From an uncultured bacterium (GTDB lineage Bacteria > Krumholzibacteriota > Krumholzibacteriia > JACNKJ01), in NCBI GenBank assembly GCA_963695095.1, contig CAVOFT010000001.1, positions 2,784,001 to 2,848,000 on the forward strand: a stretch of DNA of 64,000 nt. Reading direction: 5' to 3'. Made by a program: the position numbers and the translations under genes. A model generated the notes under the pieces. That model had not been told where the DNA came from. It made no database searches and was given only the letters and a program-made list of their open reading frames with translations. The first letter of the stretch is position 1. Each line of letters begins with the position of its first letter. Positions 60,135 through 64,000 of the stretch are shown piece after piece.

Positions 60135-63100
60135 TCCGCTCGGCCAGGGTCCGCAGGCGGGGCGAGGGCGGCAGATCCAGCTCCTGGATCATCAAGCGCT
60201 CGTAGCGCTGGTAGTCGGCGAGGGCCTCTCGTCGCTGCCCCAGCTGGAATTCGGCCTGGACCAGATGCCAGTGGAGGCCTTCGGCGAAGGGGTCTTGCTG
60301 CAGCCCTTGCCGGCAGAGCGGGGGCAACTCGCTCCAGCGCGCCGCTCGGGCGAGCTGCGCAAGAAGGCGCTCCAGGGCCCGTAGATAGCGGTCCCGGAGG
60401 CCCTCGCGCTCCAGCACCGCCAGCTCCTCGTAGGGGCTCTCCATCAGAAAATCCCCCCGGTAGAGTGCCAGGGCGGCGCGGAGCGAGGATTCCGCCGCCG
60501 CCTCATCCTGTCGGCGGGCGGATTCGGCCGCGGCCAAGGCGGCCTCGAACCCGAAGACGTCATAGCGGTGTCCGGCGCCCGGATCCAGCCGGCAGGCCTC
60601 TTGCCGGTGTTGAACGTGGGACGGGCCGGCGCCGGCATCGAGGAATCGCCGCAGCTGGAATATACTCTGGCGCAGGCTGCCCCGGCTGCGCTGGGGATCC
60701 CCGCCGGGCCACAGGGCTTCCAGGACCTGCTCCTGGGGAACCCAGCGGAAGCGGTGGACGAGCAGAAGCTGGAAGAGCCGCAGGGCACGGCGGGAAGGCC
60801 AATCCTCCAGTCGGAGCCGGTCGCCGGCCCGCTCGATCTCCAGGGGTCCCAGAGCGCTGATGCCGAGGGGCTGGCTGGGGGTAGCGCCCAGTTCGTCGGC
60901 GGCGGCTCGGGCGGCGCCCCCGCGGCGGCTGCGGGCCATCCTGGCCAGCAGCTCGCGGGCTGCATCGCCCCCCAGGCGGCCGAGCAGGCCCACGAGCCGC
61001 AGCCGGCACCCCTCGTCTGGGCTCTCGGCCAGGGGGGAGAGCGCGCTCAGCGCGCTCTCCCCCATCTCCTCGAGGCGACGGGACGCATGCTCGGCCTCCA
61101 GGCCGCGAGCCAGCGCCGCGGCCCAGAGGCCCGCGCAGGCCGCGGGCTGCTGCACCTGCAGGGCCTGCTCGTGCTCGGAGGCGGCCAGGCCCGAGAGGAA
61201 GGCCACGAGCTGGGCGTCCTCGAGGCGCCCGGTGGCGAGGGCGCGGTCGAGGCGAAGCGCGCCCAGCCGGCGCAGCTCGAAGCCGGCGCCGGCCTTGGCC
61301 AGCAGACGCTCCGCGCGCGCCCAGTGCGGCCCCTCGCGGCCGGGTGCCGCGGCCTGGCCGAGGAGGGTCTCGCAGCGACCCTCGAGCAGGCGGTGACCGA
61401 GGCTCTGCACGACCGCCAGGGCGTGGCGCAGGCGCCGGCGGGCGATCTGGCGGTTGCCCTCGGCCAGGTCGAGCTCGGCGAGGGCGATGTGCGGAATCGA
61501 CTGCTGCTCGGCCTCCCCCACCTGCTCGCCCAGCTCGCGGGCCCGCTCCAGGTGTTCGCGGGCGGCGGCGTGGTCGCCTTCGAGCCGGCGCAGGCGGCCG
61601 AGGCTGTAGTGAACGATGCCGAGCATCGTGCCGTACTCCAGGCGTTCGGCCAGCCGCAGGGCCTCCTCGCAGCAGTCGCCGCCCTCCTTGAGCTCTCCCA
61701 TTTCGACGAGTACCCAGCCGAGCACGCCCAGGCTGTGGCAGATCCGGCGCGGATCGCCCAGCTCTCGAAAGATGGCCAGGGAGCGCCGGCCCGCCCGCTT
61801 GGCCTCGCGAAACTCCCCGCGGGGGCCGTAGACATTGCCGACGAGCAGGTAGAGCACGCGGCCCTCGCCCAGGGCGTCCTTGCGCCGCCGGAAGATGCGG
61901 CCGGCCTGGATCAGTGCCGCCGCCCCCTCGTCCAGGCGACCCAGGTCGCAGGCCGAGACGCCGCGCAGGCCAAGCAGTCGGCCCTCGGTCGCCGGACGCA
62001 GGCCGGGTGCGGCCAGAGCCTGGTCACAGAGGCGCAGGCAGGCTCGGTAGCGGCCCTGGCGCATGGCGAGCTGGGCGAGCAGACTCTGCAGCTCCACTCG
62101 CAGGTGCCCCGCTTCCGCCCGGCGCAGGGCCCGCCGATACGCGCGCTCGGCTTCCCCGAAGCGGCCCTGGACCTCGTGAACGCGGCCGAGCAGGTAGAGC
62201 GCGGCCGGGCTGGCGGCCAGGCGCGCGGTGGGCAGCGCCTCGAGCAAGCTGCGCAGCTGGCCATACTGACCCGTGGCGAGCAACTCGTCGCCATGGCGCT
62301 CGCAAAGGGTGAGAAGGCCGTCGCTATCGGCCGCCTGGGCGCTGGCAGCGGCTGCTGCCAGCCAGTCGCCGCGCTTGCGCAGCAGGGCGGCCGCGCGGCG
62401 CTGGAGGCTGCGCCGCCGCTCCTCGCCCGCATGGCGCGCAAGCTGTTCGCGCAGGCATTCGCGGAAGAGCGCATGAAGTCGATAAGCGCCGGTCCCGTCG
62501 GCGCTCAGGAAGCAGTTGCGCCGCGCCAGTTCGGCGAGCAGCGAGGCGGCGTCCTCGCGCTCGAGCAGGGCATCGCAGAGGCCGGGTTCCAGGCGGGGAA
62601 GGATGGCGCAGGCGCGCAGGAAGTCCCGACTGGCGGGAGGCAGTCCGGACAGCACCTCTTCGGCGAAGTAGGCGAACCAGCCCTCGCGCGCAGCGAGCAC
62701 GCCCGCCAGTGCGCTCGCCAGGGCCGCTGGTGTGGGCTCGGCCAGGCCCTGGAACAGGATGCCGATGCCCGCCGGCCAGCCCTCCGTGAGGGCCGCGATG
62801 TGCGCAGCCTCCGCTGCGGGCAGCACCGCGCCCGGGAAGCGCAGGGCGTAGAGGGCCGTGATCTCCTCGGCGTCGAAGGCGAGCTCGGCTGGGCCCACGG
62901 TCGCCAGCTCTCCGGCTGCCTTGAGGCGAGCGGCGCCCAGCCCCAGGGCTTCGCGCGAGAGCAGCGCCAGTGTCACGCCCGCGGGCAGATGGCGCAACAG
63001 GCGCTCGATCAGCTCCCGGACCGCGGGCGCGGCGGCAGCCAGGTGCACATCATCCAGGACGAGCAGGCAGGGCTCCCGAGCAGCGCGCAGGAGGGCCAGG

Positions 63101-63423
63101 GCCGCGGCGAGCTGCTGCTCCGGCCCGGTGCCCGCCGGCGGCGCGTCGCCGCCGCAGGCTCGCCCAAGGGCCTCGTGCAGGTGCAGGACAAAGCTGGCCG
63201 GCTCGGCATCTCCCTCGTCGAGGGAGAGCCAGGCGAGCGGGCCCCCGTGTCGGGCGGCGGCGCTGATGAGAAAGGCCGTCTTGCCGAAGCCCGCCCCCGC
63301 CGTGACGAGCAGCAGGCGCCGGCCCCGACAGGCCTCCCACAGCGCGTCCAGACGCGGCCGCTCCAGGTGCAGGGCAGGCAGCCGCGGCGGATCCAGCTTG
63401 CTGACGATGAGCGCAGGCGGCAT
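60025..63423 (-). CDS. MalT-like STAND ATPase-TPR regulator with C-terminal OmpR-type wHTH and BTAD (SARP) domains
   Basis: SKLDPP, AGAGFGKT, LVLDDVH, TEGWPAG, YRLHALFRE, TPRs, LGPLEI, EQVLEALWP, ALALYRGDFL, DPFAE, ELDLPPS. Confidence 0.9.
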   Translation of the reverse strand: MPPALIVSKLDPPRLPALHLERPRLDALWEACRGRRLLLVTAGAGFGKTAFLISAAARHGGPLAWLSLDEGDAEPASFVLHLHEALGRACGGDAPPAGTGPEQQLAAALALLRAAREPCLLVLDDVHLAAAAPAVRELIERLLRHLPAGVTLALLSREALGLGAARLKAAGELATVGPAELAFDAEEITALYALRFPGAVLPAAEAAHIAALTEGWPAGIGILFQGLAEPTPAALASALAGVLAAREGWFAYFAEEVLSGLPPASRDFLRACAILPRLEPGLCDALLEREDAASLLAELARRNCFLSADGTGAYRLHALFRECLREQLARHAGEERRRSLQRRAAALLRKRGDWLAAAAASAQAADSDGLLTLCERHGDELLATGQYGQLRSLLEALPTARLAASPAALYLLGRVHEVQGRFGEAERAYRRALRRAEAGHLRVELQSLLAQLAMRQGRYRACLRLCDQALAAPGLRPATEGRLLGLRGVSACDLGRLDEGAAALIQAGRIFRRRKDALGEGRVLYLLVGNVYGPRGEFREAKRAGRRSLAIFRELGDPRRICHSLGVLGWVLVEMGELKEGGDCCEEALRLAERLEYGTMLGIVHYSLGRLRRLEGDHAAAREHLERARELGEQVGEAEQQSIPHIALAELDLAEGNRQIARRRLRHALAVVQSLGHRLLEGRCETLLGQAAAPGREGPHWARAERLLAKAGAGFELRRLGALRLDRALATGRLEDAQLVAFLSGLAASEHEQALQVQQPAACAGLWAAALARGLEAEHASRRLEEMGESALSALSPLAESPDEGCRLRLVGLLGRLGGDAARELLARMARSRRGGAARAAADELGATPSQPLGISALGPLEIERAGDRLRLEDWPSRRALRLFQLLLVHRFRWVPQEQVLEALWPGGDPQRSRGSLRQSIFQLRRFLDAGAGPSHVQHRQEACRLDPGAGHRYDVFGFEAALAAAESARRQDEAAAESSLRAALALYRGDFLMESPYEELAVLEREGLRDRYLRALERLLAQLARAARWSELPPLCRQGLQQDPFAEGLHWHLVQAEFQLGQRREALADYQRYERLMIQELDLPPSPRLRTLAERISRPEPPPSSPAAPAPLPRAGAPAGPPSPRKKGADR

Positions 63424-63621
63424 GGCGAAAGCACCCGGCGGGCTGGCGGTGGCGTTTCAGTATGCCCCTTCCCGTCGTTGCGCTCAAGGACGCGCGGCAG
63501 GACAGCGCCCGGGGCCCTCTGCTTCCCTGGCGCTGCCGGCAGGGGACCGCGGGCGGGCATGGGCGTTGCCCCTGCGGAGAGGTCGACCGCTGCACCGCCA
63601 TCGCGAACGGAGAGGACTGCC

Positions 63622-64000
63622 ATGACCCCCTCGGACGGCAAGCGCCAGGTTTGGATCATCCCGGGCGATCCCGGGCCGGAATCACCGCCCCCGCCCGCCG
63701 TGGAGGCCCCGGGACACCGCATCGTCGCCGCGCCGCTGGCGCGGCGGCGGCGGCCGGAACCCAAGCCCCTGCGCCTGCTGGCCCGGGTCTATGGACTGGG
63801 ACCGCTGGGGACCCTGCTCGGCGGTGCGGCCCGCTGGGAGCAGACCCTCGCCGTGCTCGCGCTCATGGCCGGCCTCTTCTGGGTGCTGCTGCAGTTGCCG
63901 CCGGTCGCGGCGGGCCTGCCCGCAGCGCCCCGGCTCAGCATGGCACTCCTGTGCGGCGTGTTCCTGCTCGGGGCCTGGTGCCGCGAGCTGTCGCTCATCG
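63622..64000 (+). CDS. Hypothetical membrane protein (3' truncated by window edge)
   Basis: GAGAGG RBS; MTPSDGKRQVWIIPG... open to the window end with hydrophobic segments. Confidence 0.55.
   Translation, partial: MTPSDGKRQVWIIPGDPGPESPPPPAVEAPGHRIVAAPLARRRRPEPKPLRLLARVYGLGPLGTLLGGAARWEQTLAVLALMAGLFWVLLQLPPVAAGLPAAPRLSMALLCGVFLLGAWCRELSLI

Noticed and set aside
60025..63423. STAND ATPase as an Avs-type antiphage system
   Set aside because: The output domain is wHTH-BTAD with MalT-like motifs; no nuclease, TIR, SIR2 or protease effector is visible.

Overview
High-GC bacterial chromosomal DNA from a diderm organism. OmpA, a TonB receptor with HmuY, and several proteins ending in an 'NYPNPFNP...FlgD-Ig' sorting-type domain suggest an FCB-group lineage such as Krumholzibacteriota or Latescibacterota; this placement is inference. 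There are about 48 CDSs. I found no rRNA, tRNA, CRISPR array or transposase. Contents: a glycosyltransferase/flippase cluster, a ClC transporter, an Lrp-hom-asd-aspartokinase operon, glnA, a split class I fumarase, a CBS-like enzyme, ltaE, ggt, adenine deaminase, a class V PLP enzyme, three secreted beta-helix/cohesin/dockerin-like proteins, asnA, a heme-uptake pair, an ECF sigma operon and a MalT-like STAND/BTAD regulator. Several genes carry single-base frameshifts, probably assembly errors. Main findings: (1) an intact, translationally coupled gatE-gatD pair, the Glu-tRNA(Gln) amidotransferase classically regarded as archaeal, lying convergent with asnA; (2) a near-identical GCGTAAC-N4-GCGTAAC box at two promoters 35.7 kb apart, a candidate regulon of the BTAD regulator; (3) an unannotated 19-aa Lys/Thr-rich micropeptide with its own RBS and terminator right after the aspartate-pathway operon; (4) a candidate non-cellulosomal cohesin-dockerin surface complex.
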